Part shown: piece after piece, positions 19,002 to 28,871 of the stretch
Layout: every line of letters starts with the position of its first letter
How positions within the stretch are numbered: the stretch's first letter is position 1
Source of the DNA: Burkholderiales bacterium
GTDB lineage: Bacteria; Pseudomonadota; Gammaproteobacteria; Burkholderiales; JAHFRG01
Assembly: GCA_035518095.1 (NCBI GenBank)
Contig: DATIXX010000005.1
Location: 128,421-192,420 of the forward strand
DNA: 64,000 bases
Direction: 5' to 3'
The notes under the pieces: generated by a model
The model's database searches: none
What the model was told of the DNA's origin: nothing
The model's input: the letters and a program-made list of their open reading frames with translations, nothing else
Program-made: the position numbers and the translations under genes

Positions 19002-20177
19002 TTGTCATTGGTACAGATGCTTTTTACCCACCTGCGCGATCAGCTTCAACGCCTCGAAAGTGAAGGTCTACTACGCGTCCGCAAGATGATGGCAGGGCCT
19101 CACGACTCTCACGTAAAACTTGACGGGCGCGACTTCGTTTCATTCTGCAGCAATGATTACCTTGGGCTCGCTTCGCATCCGGCGCTGGTCGCGGCTGTAC
19201 GCGAAGGCGCAGAATTATACGGAGTCGGCGCCGGAGCCTCGCACTTGGTAAGCGGACACAATATCGCGCATCACTCGGTCGAGGAAAAACTCGCAAAATT
19301 TGTCGGACAGCCTCAAGCGTTGTTATTTTCCACCGGTTATATGGCGAACCTCGGGGTGGTGACCGTACTTAGCGGCCGCGACGGTGTACTGTTTGGCGAC
19401 CGGCTGAACCACGCGTCGCTTAATGACGCGGCGCTGCTTTCAAGAGCGAAACTTCGGCGATATCCGCACCTTGATATTCAAGCGCTGGCAAAGCTGCTCG
19501 CTGCGTCGCCTAACAACCGCAAGCTTGTGTTGAGTGATGCAGTGTTCAGCATGGACGGTGACATTGCGCCTGTGCCGGAACTCCTTGCCTTGTGCGAGCG
19601 GCATAATGCTTGGCTTTTACTAGACGACGCGCACGGCTTTGGCGTGCTGGGCGCGCAGGGCCGGGGCGTACTCTCGCATTGCAACGTGAGTTCGCCGCGC
19701 ATCATTTACATGGCGACCCTGGGCAAAGCCGCCGGCGTATTTGGCGCGTTCGTTGCCGGCGAAAAAGAAATCGTCGAAACACTGATGCAGCGCTCCCGCA
19801 GCTACATTTACACAACTGCGACACCACCGCTTCTTGCGCATGCCTTGCTCAAAAGCCTGGATTTGATTTGCGCTGAAGATCTACGCAGAACACATCTTGC
19901 GAATTTGATTGCGCGCTTCAATAATTGCCTGCGCCTCGAGCGTTGGCGACTGCTGCCCTCGCAAACCCCGATCCAGCCTTTAATTATCGGCGAGAACCGC
20001 ATGGCGCTAAAGGTGGGCGCGGCGCTGGCGGAAATGGGAATTCTGGTTCCTGCGATTAGACCGCCCAGCGTGCCGCCGGGCACAGCGCGACTGAGGATTT
20101 CGCTGTCCGCCACCCACACGGCAGAAGACGTAGAGCGGCTTGCAAACGCTTTGCATGAATTGGAAAGAACAGTTTAA
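19002..20177 (+). CDS. bioF: 8-amino-7-oxononanoate synthase
   Basis: PLP-dependent acyltransferase with SGHNIAHH, DDAHGFGVLG and the PLP-lysine context TLGKAAG. The start may be the ATG at 19017. Confidence 0.9.
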   Translation: MSLVQMLFTHLRDQLQRLESEGLLRVRKMMAGPHDSHVKLDGRDFVSFCSNDYLGLASHPALVAAVREGAELYGVGAGASHLVSGHNIAHHSVEEKLAKFVGQPQALLFSTGYMANLGVVTVLSGRDGVLFGDRLNHASLNDAALLSRAKLRRYPHLDIQALAKLLAASPNNRKLVLSDAVFSMDGDIAPVPELLALCERHNAWLLLDDAHGFGVLGAQGRGVLSHCNVSSPRIIYMATLGKAAGVFGAFVAGEKEIVETLMQRSRSYIYTTATPPLLAHALLKSLDLICAEDLRRTHLANLIARFNNCLRLERWRLLPSQTPIQPLIIGENRMALKVGAALAEMGILVPAIRPPSVPPGTARLRISLSATHTAEDVERLANALHELERTV

Positions 20178-20274
20178 CGGTGGCGCTCGCGGCGTAAATT
20201 TTTATGGTCGTAGCTATCGTGTCTTTAAGAATTTTCTGGAATTCCTCTGCGCTCTGTGCTGAACGGGTTTTGAA

Positions 20275-21033
20275 TTGTCATTGCATATCGAAACCATAGG
20301 CAACGGACGGGATCTGGTGCTTCTCCACGGCTGGGGCACGCACAGTGGCGTGTGGGACGGAGTGCGCGCGGACTTGGCGAACCGTTTCCGCGTTCATCTC
20401 GTAGATCTGCCCGGCTACCGCCACAGTCCGGCCTGTTCGCCATATACGCTTGAAAAAATTGCTCAAGGCCTGGCAATAGCGATACCTACATCCGTTTGTG
20501 TTTGCGGCTGGTCACTGGGTGCGCAGGTAGCGCTACGTTGGGCCCACGATTTTCCCGGACAGGTGACGCGCCTGGTGCTGGTTGCAGCGACACCGCGGTT
20601 TGTGCGCGATAACAGCTGGCCGAGTGGAATTGAAGGGTCGGTATTGCAGGATTTCGCCGCAGATTTACGGCGCGATGCGCAACGCTCGCTCAGACGCTTT
20701 GCATCACTGCAATTGCGCGGGGCGAAGAACGCGCGCAGGCAATGTGCTTGGCTCTGCGAACGCATATTCGAAGGCGCTAACCTCCAGGCATTGCAAGCGG
20801 GCCTGCAAATGCTATTGGATACCGATTTGCGCCGAGAAATCCGCGAAATAAGTCAACCGACATTACTGGTGCACGGGCAGAAAGACCGGCTGGTGTCCGA
20901 AATCTCTGCATACCGGTTGGCGCACCTTCTCGTTCGGGCGCGATTGGAAATGTTCGAGGACTGCGCCCATGTGCCGTTCCTGGACCAGGGCACCAGATTT
21001 GTGAAAGTGGTTTCAGAATTTATCAATGAATGA
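20275..21033 (+). CDS. bioH: pimeloyl-ACP methyl ester carboxylesterase
   Basis: Alpha/beta hydrolase with LLHGWG and nucleophile elbow GWSLGA. It lies between bioF and bioC. Confidence 0.85.
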   Translation: MSLHIETIGNGRDLVLLHGWGTHSGVWDGVRADLANRFRVHLVDLPGYRHSPACSPYTLEKIAQGLAIAIPTSVCVCGWSLGAQVALRWAHDFPGQVTRLVLVAATPRFVRDNSWPSGIEGSVLQDFAADLRRDAQRSLRRFASLQLRGAKNARRQCAWLCERIFEGANLQALQAGLQMLLDTDLRREIREISQPTLLVHGQKDRLVSEISAYRLAHLLVRARLEMFEDCAHVPFLDQGTRFVKVVSEFINE

Positions 21034-21907
21034 TGAAGATCCATTCGCGATAGACAAGCGCCTTGCGCGGCTTGCTTTCGAGCGCGCGGCTGCGACTTAC
21101 GATGAAGCCGCAGTATTGCAGCGCGAAGTGGGCGCTCGTATGCTCGGCCGCCTAGACTACATCAAATATCTTCCGCGATCGATACTCGATGCCGGCAGCG
21201 GCACCGGAGAGGGCACCCGCGCACTCCTGCAACGCTTTCCCAAGGCAAGCGTGCTGGCGCTGGATATCGCGCGTGGCATGCTGCAGCGCTCGCAAAAGCA
21301 CCTGCCGAGGCGCTGGCTGCCATTTTTCTTCCGAACCATCGCTCACGTTTGCGCAGACATTGAACGCCTGCCGGTTAAAAGCTCAAGCATAGACATGGTG
21401 TGGTGCAACCTGACGCTACAATGGCTAAATGATCCACACCGAGTATTTGTCGAAATGCATCGCGCATTGCGGCCCGAAGGTTTGTTCATGTTCAGTACGT
21501 TTGGCCCGGATACGCTGAAAGAATTGCGCGAGGCGTATACGGGGATAGATCGTTACAGCCATGTGCATCGCTTCGCAGACATGCATGATCTCGGCGACAT
21601 GCTGGTTGCTGCGCGGTTTGTCAACCCAGTCATGGAAATGGAACGGATTAGCATGACTTATTCCGACCTCACTTCGCTGATGCGTGACCTAAAGAGCATT
21701 GGCGCGCATAACGTGTCCCGCGGCAGGCGCCGCGGATTAACCGGAAAAACGCAGTTTCAGGCTGTCGCTCGCAATTACGAGCAGTTTCGTCGTGAAGGGC
21801 GGCTACCGGCGACTTTTGAAGTGGTGTACGGACACGCCTGGAAACCCGAATCCCCGCGTATGGATGATGGAAAAAAAGTTATCCGGCTGGAAGCCAAGAG
21901 TTCATGA
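21026..21907 (+). CDS. bioC: malonyl-ACP O-methyltransferase
   Basis: SAM-binding motif ILDAGSGTGEG and a BioC-like N-terminus (KRLARLAFERAAATYDEAAVLQREV). Confidence 0.85.
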   Translation: MNDEDPFAIDKRLARLAFERAAATYDEAAVLQREVGARMLGRLDYIKYLPRSILDAGSGTGEGTRALLQRFPKASVLALDIARGMLQRSQKHLPRRWLPFFFRTIAHVCADIERLPVKSSSIDMVWCNLTLQWLNDPHRVFVEMHRALRPEGLFMFSTFGPDTLKELREAYTGIDRYSHVHRFADMHDLGDMLVAARFVNPVMEMERISMTYSDLTSLMRDLKSIGAHNVSRGRRRGLTGKTQFQAVARNYEQFRREGRLPATFEVVYGHAWKPESPRMDDGKKVIRLEAKSS

Positions 21908-22581
21908 GGCGCGGTTTTTTTGTAACTGGCAGCGATACCTCTGTCGGCAAAACAATACTTGCGTGCACATTGCTGCACGCTATTGCGTCACGCGGATTTA
22001 GCGTGGTGGGAATGAAACCAGTGGCCACAGGCTGCGAGGCAAGCCTTGAAGGTCCGCGTAACCATGATGTAGAACAGCTGATTGCGGCGAGCACAATCAA
22101 GGCGCCGCGGCATATTGTGAATCCGTACGCGCTCAATTCGCCAATTGCGCCACATATCGCCGCGCGACAGGCCGGGATTGAAATCAAGACGGAGTTAATT
22201 AAAGAGGCGTTCGAGCAGTTGAAAAAAATGGCCGATGTGGTCGTGGTTGAAGGAGTGGGTGGTTTCAAAGTGCCGCTTAATAATCGGCAGGACACGGCCG
22301 ATCTTGCCAGCTTGCTCGATCTGCCGGTCATTCTGGTGGTGGGTATGCGGTTGGGGTGTCTCAACCACGCGTTGCTGACGTCAGCCGCAATTCACTCTCG
22401 CGGCCTGAAACTCGCGGGTTGGGTCGCAAACTGCATTGATCCGCACATGGCCGCGCTGCGAGAGAATTTATTCGCGCTTGAGGAACGGATTAACCGACCT
22501 CCACTGAGTGTGTTCGCGTTTCAGCCCGATCCGCGGCCGGAAAAACTGGCGCGTGAGCTCGCTGTACAATCCTTGATCTGA
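21904..22581 (+). CDS. bioD: dethiobiotin synthase
   Basis: FFVTGSDTSVGKT P-loop. ATGA overlap with the bioC stop. Confidence 0.9.
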   Translation: MRRGFFVTGSDTSVGKTILACTLLHAIASRGFSVVGMKPVATGCEASLEGPRNHDVEQLIAASTIKAPRHIVNPYALNSPIAPHIAARQAGIEIKTELIKEAFEQLKKMADVVVVEGVGGFKVPLNNRQDTADLASLLDLPVILVVGMRLGCLNHALLTSAAIHSRGLKLAGWVANCIDPHMAALRENLFALEERINRPPLSVFAFQPDPRPEKLARELAVQSLI

Positions 22582-22650
22582 ATTCAAACACCGGACGCAG
22601 ACGCAGTGCTTATTCTTGCCTTGCTGTTATCCGTATGCTAATTTACGCGC

Positions 22651-23151
22651 TTGGCGAAAAACGGGCCGAGCGGGTCGGGAGCCACAAGCATGCAGTTTGC
22701 AGATGTGGATGATGCGGGGGCTTACACGCTTACCGCAAAACGCAACAACTCGCTTAGCACGTCGGGCCGGTATCTGGTTTTTGGTTTTATTTTTGTCGTT
22801 TCATTCGGCATTTCCACGGCGTTTGCGGCTTTTGGAGCGTGGCTGGTTTTGCCATTCGCCGGCCTCGAAATGCTGGTTTTGTTTCTGGCTTTCTACTTTA
22901 TCGGGCGTCGGTCGGACGATTATGAGCGTCTCACCTTGAACGGCGACCGACTCGTGCTCGAGCGCATGGAACACGGAAGGCTCGGGCACTTCGAGTTCAA
23001 CCGATACTGGGCACAGGTGGTGTGCGACACCGAAGGAAGTCGCTTGGCGCTGCGTTCGCACGGCCGAGAGGTGGAATTCGGGCTTTACCTGACGGAAGAA
23101 GAACGTGTAAAGCTCGCGCGGCAGCTTAAAGATAGAATCCGGCAGCGCTAA
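22651..23151 (+). CDS. DUF2244-type integral membrane protein associated with cytochrome oxidase clusters
   Basis: Two adjacent TM helices, then a soluble tail (RLTLNGDRLVLER). It lies directly upstream of coxB. The start is uncertain. Confidence 0.6.
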   Translation: MAKNGPSGSGATSMQFADVDDAGAYTLTAKRNNSLSTSGRYLVFGFIFVVSFGISTAFAAFGAWLVLPFAGLEMLVLFLAFYFIGRRSDDYERLTLNGDRLVLERMEHGRLGHFEFNRYWAQVVCDTEGSRLALRSHGREVEFGLYLTEEERVKLARQLKDRIRQR

Positions 23152-23221
23152 TGGCTTCGATCAATTTGATGCGGCGTCGGATTCTTAGGGCAAAAAAAGC
23201 TAAACTTCGTGCTTTCCTGGG

Positions 23222-24349
23222 GTGAATATGGCAAAAAAGTTACTACTGTGCTGGATCGGGCTGTTGCTTCCAATGTTCTATGCCGGAGCGGCGCAAAGCG
23301 CCTATGAATTAAACCTGCAACAACCTGAAACGCCCATCGCCCAGCAAATTTACGATTTGCACACCCTGATTCTTTGGGTGTGCGTGGTCATATTCTGCGG
23401 GGTGTTTGGCGTGATGTTTTATGCGATATTCAAGCACCGTAAATCGCTTGGCCATGAAGCCAGCCAGTTCCACGAAAATACTACCGTCGAGATCATCTGG
23501 ACCATTATTCCTTTCTTCATTTTGGTAGCTATAGCGTATCCCGCCACGAAAACCGTTCTGGCGATGAAAAATACTTCCAATCCGGATATAAGCATTAAAG
23601 TCACCGGCTATCAATGGAAATGGAAGTATGATTACTTGCAAGACGGCATCAGTTTCTACAGTACGCTTTCCACGCCGGAGGACCAGATTTACGGCCGGGC
23701 GCCCAGGGACGAACATTATCTGTTGGAAGTGGACAATCCGCTGGTGGTCCCGATTGACAAAAGAATTCGCGTGCTTATCACGGCTGATGACGTGATTCAT
23801 TCTTGGTGGGTACCCGCCTTCGGAGTGAAGCAGGACGCGATCGTCGGTTTTATCCGTGACGCTTGGTTCGAAGTTGAGAAACCCGGAATTTACCGCGGCC
23901 AATGTGCGGAATTGTGCGGCAAGAACCACGGCTTCATGCCTATCGTAGTGGTAGCGAAGGAACAAAAAGATTATGAGACTTGGCTCGCCGAGCAAAAGCA
24001 GGCACAGGCGGCAACGACGGTCAATATCAACAAGACTTTCACCTTGGATGAGTTGAAAGCTCAGGGGGAAAAGGTTTTTAATACAACCTGCGCTGTCTGT
24101 CATCAGGTCAACGGCAAGGGTATTCCCGGCACCTTCCCAGCCCTGGACGGCTCAAAAATCGTCAACGGCCCCAAAGCAGATCATTTGAATATTGTGATGA
24201 ACGGAAAACCGGGCACGGCGATGGTTGCGTTCAGCAAGCAGCTTTCGGACCTTGAGCTTGCTTCGGTAATCACCTATGAGCGCAACGCTTGGGGTAACAA
24301 GACGGGAGACGTGATACAGCCGAGCCAAATCAAAGCATTGCGTAAGTAA
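23222..24349 (+). CDS. coxB: cytochrome c oxidase subunit II with C-terminal fused monoheme cytochrome c
   Basis: CuA site [14 protein letters not shown] and [13 protein letters not shown]. The C-terminal CAVCH haem-binding motif has a downstream Met (GTAMVAF). Confidence 0.95.
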   Translation: MNMAKKLLLCWIGLLLPMFYAGAAQSAYELNLQQPETPIAQQIYDLHTLILWVCVVIFCGVFGVMFYAIFKHRKSLGHEASQFHENTTVEIIWTIIPFFILVAIAYPATKTVLAMKNTSNPDISIKVTGYQWKWKYDYLQDGISFYSTLSTPEDQIYGRAPRDEHYLLEVDNPLVVPIDKRIRVLITADDVIHSWWVPAFGVKQDAIVGFIRDAWFEVEKPGIYRGQCAELCGKNHGFMPIVVVAKEQKDYETWLAEQKQAQAATTVNINKTFTLDELKAQGEKVFNTTCAVCHQVNGKGIPGTFPALDGSKIVNGPKADHLNIVMNGKPGTAMVAFSKQLSDLELASVITYERNAWGNKTGDVIQPSQIKALRK

Positions 24350-24378
24350 CAGACCAAGAGGATAAGGAGAACAGCATC

Positions 24379-25959
24379 ATGGACGCAGCACAAGCAACGC
24401 ACGCCCACGGCGATCACGCACATCATCCTAGCGGCATCATGCGCTGGGTGATGACGACCAACCACAAGGACATCGGCACGCTGTATTTGACCTTCAGCTG
24501 CATCATGTTCTTCATCGGCGGCACCATGGCGATGACCATTCGCGCCGAGCTGTTCGAGCCGGGGTTGCAATTCCTGCGACCTGACTTCTTTAACCAGCTC
24601 ACCACCTTGCACGGGCTCATCATGATCTTTGGCGCAATCATGCCGGCATTTGTAGGTTTCGCGAACTGGCAGGTGCCGATGATGATCGGCGCGCCGGATA
24701 TGGCGTTTGCCCGCATGAACAACTGGAGTTTCTGGCTCCTGCCGTTCGCCGCGTCTCTATTGCTCATTTCGTTCTTCGTGCCGGGCGGCGCCGCGGCCGG
24801 AGGCTGGACGCTCTACCCGCCGCTGTCTGTGGAGTTGGGTCCCGGCATGGATTTGACTATTTTCGCCATCCACTTGCTCGGCGCGTCCTCCATCATGGGC
24901 GCGATCAACATCATTACTACCATCCTCAACATGCGCGCGCCCGGGATGACGCTGATGAAGATGCCGTTGTTCGTATGGACGTGGCTGATAACGGCATATT
25001 TGCTGATCGCCGTAATGCCAGTGCTGGCCGGCGCGGTAACCATGCTGCTAACGGACCGCCATTTCGGCACCCATTTCTTCAACGCGGCCGGAGGTGGCGA
25101 CCCGGTGCTGTTCCAGCACGTATTCTGGTTCTTCGGCCATCCCGAGGTGTATATCATGATTCTCCCCGGCTTTGGCATCGTTTCGCAAATCATTCCGACC
25201 TTCTCGCGCAAGCCTCTGTTTGGCTATACCTCAATGGTGTACGCCACCGCCTCGATCGCGATTCTCTCCTTCTGTGTCTGGGCGCACCACATGTTTACCG
25301 TGGGCATGCCGGCGGCGGGACAATTGTTTTTCATGTACTCAACCATGCTGATTGCGGTGCCGACGGGCGTGAAGGTTTTCAACTGGGTTGCGACCATGTG
25401 GCGCGGCTCAATGACCTTCGAGACTCCGATGCTTTTCGCCATTGGCTTCATTTTCCTGTTTACCCTGGGTGGTTTTACCGGACTGGTGCTGGCTATTACG
25501 CCCGTGGACATTCAGCTGCAGGACACCTATTACGTGGTCGCGCATTTCCATTACGTGCTGGTGGCAGGCGCGCTGTTCAGCATTTTCGGCGGCGTTTACT
25601 ACTGGCTGCCGAAGTGGACCGGCAAAATGTATGACGAAACGCTTGGCAAATGGCATTTTTGGCTATCGATGATTTTTTTCAACGTCGCCTTCTTTGTGCA
25701 GCATTTTCTGGGTCTGGCGGGAATGCCGCGCCGTATTCCCGATTACGCGCCGCAATTTGCCGACTTCAACATGATCTCCAGCATCGGCGCTTTCGGCTTC
25801 GGCCTGTCGCAGCTGGTGTTTGTGTATCTCGTCATCAAATGCATCCGCAGCGGGGAAAAAGCGCCCGCCAAACCGTGGGAAGGCGCGCATGGGCTGGAGT
25901 GGACGCTGCCGTCACCTCCTCCCTACCACAGCTTCGAGACGCCACCCGTGGTCAAATAG
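24379..25959 (+). CDS. ctaD: cytochrome c oxidase subunit I
   Basis: 526 aa haem-copper oxidase with [17 protein letters not shown] and VAHFHYVL motifs. Confidence 0.97.
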   Translation: MDAAQATHAHGDHAHHPSGIMRWVMTTNHKDIGTLYLTFSCIMFFIGGTMAMTIRAELFEPGLQFLRPDFFNQLTTLHGLIMIFGAIMPAFVGFANWQVPMMIGAPDMAFARMNNWSFWLLPFAASLLLISFFVPGGAAAGGWTLYPPLSVELGPGMDLTIFAIHLLGASSIMGAINIITTILNMRAPGMTLMKMPLFVWTWLITAYLLIAVMPVLAGAVTMLLTDRHFGTHFFNAAGGGDPVLFQHVFWFFGHPEVYIMILPGFGIVSQIIPTFSRKPLFGYTSMVYATASIAILSFCVWAHHMFTVGMPAAGQLFFMYSTMLIAVPTGVKVFNWVATMWRGSMTFETPMLFAIGFIFLFTLGGFTGLVLAITPVDIQLQDTYYVVAHFHYVLVAGALFSIFGGVYYWLPKWTGKMYDETLGKWHFWLSMIFFNVAFFVQHFLGLAGMPRRIPDYAPQFADFNMISSIGAFGFGLSQLVFVYLVIKCIRSGEKAPAKPWEGAHGLEWTLPSPPPYHSFETPPVVK

Positions 25960-25975
25960 GAGAGGTGAACCGGCG

Positions 25976-26089
25976 ATGATGCGACATGCTGAACCGGGTT
26001 CGCAGAAGAACAGGGTGCGAACCGCTTTGATCATGCTTTCGATCGCCGCAGCTTTTCTAATTGGTTTCATTATCAGTCATTGGCGATGA
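25976..26089 (+). CDS. cytochrome oxidase small assembly protein (37 aa, single TM)
   Basis: MMRHAEPGSQKNRVRTALIMLSIAAAFLIGFIISHWR. It lies between ctaD and ctaG, and its stop forms an ATGA overlap with the ctaG start. It is buried inside a longer spurious track ORF. Confidence 0.55.
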   Translation: MMRHAEPGSQKNRVRTALIMLSIAAAFLIGFIISHWR

Positions 26090-26625
26090 GCGTAAACCGG
26101 TCTAAAAGTACGATGCTCAGGAAACTGGTAATTGTCTCAGTGGCGATGATCGGCTTTGGGTTTGCGCTGGTACCGTTTTACAAGAATACCTGTGACGTCA
26201 CCGGATTTAATAATACCCTCAAGGCTGATGAAGTGGCAAAGAACTCCCAAGTGGATTATTCGCGCACCGTCACCGTTGAATTCGACGCGAATACCCACCA
26301 CTCGCTGTCCTGGAACTTCCAGCCGTCGCAGGGCGGCGTGAAAGTCCATCTGCGGGATATGACGCACGTGGTTTATGAGGCTAAGAATACCTTGCCCTAT
26401 TCTGTCACCGGGCAGGCGATACCGAGTTACGGACCGCAGCTCGCGGTGCTGTATTTTAAGAAGGTGCAATGCTTTTGTTTCTCGCAGCGGACCCTGAAAG
26501 CGAATGAAGTAGGGAAAATACCCGTGGTATTTGTAATTGATCCGCAGTTACCCAGGGACGTAAGCACCACTACACCGTCCTATACTTTCTTTGAAGTGGA
26601 CGGCAGCCGCGGAAAAACGGGCTAG
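26086..26625 (+). CDS. ctaG: cytochrome c oxidase assembly protein CtaG/Cox11
   Basis: N-terminal TM helix, then Cox11-like FDANTHHSLSWNFQP and the CFCF copper motif (KVQCFCFSQ). Confidence 0.9.
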   Translation: MSVNRSKSTMLRKLVIVSVAMIGFGFALVPFYKNTCDVTGFNNTLKADEVAKNSQVDYSRTVTVEFDANTHHSLSWNFQPSQGGVKVHLRDMTHVVYEAKNTLPYSVTGQAIPSYGPQLAVLYFKKVQCFCFSQRTLKANEVGKIPVVFVIDPQLPRDVSTTTPSYTFFEVDGSRGKTG

Positions 26626-26636
26626 ACGGATATGCA

Positions 26637-26846
26637 ATGCATCAGGAAGCGGGCGAGCGGAAGAAAGCCACGGCGCTGCAAGCTGCAAAGGCGGTATTTT
26701 GGGCTTTTTTCGGCGTCCGCAAAGGAACGGACCGCGACGCCGATGCAGTGAGCATTACGCCCTTGCAGGCAATTGTTGCCGGTCTCATCGGTGCCGCGTT
26801 GCTTGTGTTGTGTTTGCTGCTGCTGGTGCACTTTGTGACCAGCTAG
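26637..26846 (+). CDS. DUF2970-type small membrane protein
   Basis: 69 aa with FWAFFGVRKG and a C-terminal TM helix. It sits in a conserved cox-cluster position. Confidence 0.6.
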   Translation: MHQEAGERKKATALQAAKAVFWAFFGVRKGTDRDADAVSITPLQAIVAGLIGAALLVLCLLLLVHFVTS

Positions 26847-26904
26847 ATGCTTTTTAGCGAGTTGTAGAAGTAGGAATCAGGGTACACTAAAAAGAGAGGA
26901 CTTC

Positions 26905-27756
26905 ATGACGCAACAGCCTCGACATTATTACGTGCCATCGCCATCGCACTGGCCGATTCTCGGTTCGCTAGCACTGTTTTGCATGGCGATCGGCGCAACG
27001 CTGTGGATAAACAATCATGCGAATATCGGGCCATGGGTGTTGGTGGGTGGCCTTTCCATTTTGATCTTTATGCTGTTCGGCTGGTTCGGTACCGTGATCC
27101 GCGAAAGCGAAGGCGAAAAATTCAATAATCAAGTTGATCTCAGCTTTCGCTGGGGTATGAGCTGGTTCATCTTCACTGAAGTCATGTTCTTTGCGGGATT
27201 TTTTGGCGCGCTATTTTATATGCGCGTGCTGGCGATACCTTGGCTCGGGGATTTCGAAAACAAGATTCTGTGGCCGGATTTCACCGCTCACTGGCCGGTA
27301 GCGGGGCCCGGACTCAAGGAACAGTTCACGCCCATGGCGGCGTGGGGCATACCCGCGATCAACACGTTGATCCTTCTTTCCTCCGGCGCCACCGTCACTT
27401 GGGCTCACTGGGGATTGAAGCGCAACGACCGCAGACAGCTTATCATCGGGCTTATACTGACAATCCTGTTAGGCTGGACCTTCTTGGCACTGCAGGCGCA
27501 TGAATACTGGCTTGCCTACACAGAATTGAATCTTAACCTTACCACGGGTGCCTACGGTGCAAGCTTCTTTATGCTGACCGGCTTTCACGGCTTGCATGTA
27601 ACCATCGGTACCATTATGCTGGTCACTATCTTGGGCCGTTGCATAGCCGGACATTTCAAGCCTGAGCACCACTTCGGATTCGAGGCGGTGTCGTGGTACT
27701 GGCATTTTGTTGACGTGGTGTGGCTGCTGCTGTTTATTCTGGTCTATTGGCTATAA
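26905..27756 (+). CDS. coxC: cytochrome c oxidase subunit III
   Basis: 283 aa, 7-TM, with TGFHGLHVTIGT and WYWHFVDVVWL motifs. Confidence 0.95.
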   Translation: MTQQPRHYYVPSPSHWPILGSLALFCMAIGATLWINNHANIGPWVLVGGLSILIFMLFGWFGTVIRESEGEKFNNQVDLSFRWGMSWFIFTEVMFFAGFFGALFYMRVLAIPWLGDFENKILWPDFTAHWPVAGPGLKEQFTPMAAWGIPAINTLILLSSGATVTWAHWGLKRNDRRQLIIGLILTILLGWTFLALQAHEYWLAYTELNLNLTTGAYGASFFMLTGFHGLHVTIGTIMLVTILGRCIAGHFKPEHHFGFEAVSWYWHFVDVVWLLLFILVYWL

Positions 27757-27847
27757 CTCGCGGGCATATTCTGCTCAAGGAGGAAAACGCAGCACACAAG
27801 TAACAACAAGGAGGAGGAACCCCATGCAAATAAAAAGAGGGACACTG

Positions 27848-27883
27848 ACGCCGCATGGTATCACTGTGCGGCGCCTTTTTTTC
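27848..27883. terminator. rho-independent terminator between convergent coxC and the DUF2909 gene
   Basis: CGCCGCA-N11-TGCGGCG hairpin followed by T7. Confidence 0.65.
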
Positions 27884-27894
27884 TTAAGCAGGAA

Positions 27895-28092
27895 TTACAA
27901 CCCCTGGGGCGGAATGAGGCCGAAGTAAAAGCCCAGCATGAGGATAAGGAACAGCACTATGGAAAAGGTAATGCGCACGGTAAGCGCCTTAACGGTGCGT
28001 TCGGATTTGCCTTTGTCCTTGATCAGGTAATACAGCGCAGAACCGAGGCTGATAAGTATGATCGCGATGAAGAGGAAGACGATGATTCTCAC
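27895..28092 (-). CDS. twin-transmembrane-helix small protein (DUF2909)
   Basis: 65 aa with two TM helices joined by the KDKGKSERTVKAL loop. It is the only minus-strand gene inside the cox cluster. Confidence 0.6.
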   Translation of the reverse strand: MRIIVFLFIAIILISLGSALYYLIKDKGKSERTVKALTVRITFSIVLFLILMLGFYFGLIPPQGL

Positions 28093-28139
28093 GCTGCATT
28101 TCCTTGTAAAAAATTCAGTTTAGACGATTCGCCACTTCG

Positions 28140-28871
28140 TTGCCAACAGGGATGCTTTATGGTTTTGAATTCAAGCCCAGGCTGTGGTCCAGTATTGCCG
28201 CCGGCGCGGTATTGTTACTGACCCTCTGGCTCGGGCACTGGCAGCTTGAGCGCGCGGGTGAAAAGCAGAAACTTGAAGACCGCTTCGAGGAGCTGGCCAA
28301 GCAGCCGCCGGTCAGCGTTCCCGCGACCCAGGTCAATCCTGATGAATATCGGTTTCGCAATGTCGAAGTGCAGGGACGGTATGCCGATTCCTACACCATT
28401 TATCTGGACAACCGCATTTATCATGGTATTGCGGGTTACCAGGTGATAACGCCTCTGCAAATTGCAGGCAGCCGGACTTACATTCTGATTAACCGTGGCT
28501 GGGTGCCAAGAGCCGCGGAACGTCTGGATTTGCCCGTAATACCGACGCCGCGGCAGCCAGTGAAAATCAGCGGCATTGCGGTGGTTCCCAGCAAGAAAAT
28601 ACTCGAGCTCTCCTCGCAAACGGTGGAAGGAAAAATCTGGGAAAACCTCGTGCTGAAGCGCTATCGCAAAGCGGTACCGTTCGAAATTCAGCCGATTGTG
28701 ATTGAACAGGAAAATGACACTGCAGATGGATTGGTGAGGGATTGGGAACGTCCGGACGTGGGTGTTAACATGCACCGCGGCTATGCGTTCCAGTGGTTCA
28801 TGCTGGCTACAGCGATCATAATTTTATATTTGGTGCTGAATGTCAAACGAGTATCACCGCGGAAGGATTAA
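28140..28871 (+). CDS. SURF1-family cytochrome oxidase biogenesis protein
   Basis: N- and C-terminal TM helices with LGHWQLERAGEK and INRGWVPR motifs. The start is uncertain (TTG at 28140 or a nearby ATG). Confidence 0.85.
   Translation: MPTGMLYGFEFKPRLWSSIAAGAVLLLTLWLGHWQLERAGEKQKLEDRFEELAKQPPVSVPATQVNPDEYRFRNVEVQGRYADSYTIYLDNRIYHGIAGYQVITPLQIAGSRTYILINRGWVPRAAERLDLPVIPTPRQPVKISGIAVVPSKKILELSSQTVEGKIWENLVLKRYRKAVPFEIQPIVIEQENDTADGLVRDWERPDVGVNMHRGYAFQWFMLATAIIILYLVLNVKRVSPRKD

Noticed and set aside
27824-27928. 34-codon ORF (MQIKRGTLTPHGITVRRLFFLSRNYNPWGGMRPK) preceded by a strong AAGGAGGAGG SD just after coxC.
   Set aside because: The ORF runs straight through the terminator hairpin and T-run and into the convergent DUF2909 gene. 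The peptide is not hydrophobic, as a small oxidase subunit would be. The SD-like repeats may be incidental. It could be revisited with ribosome profiling.
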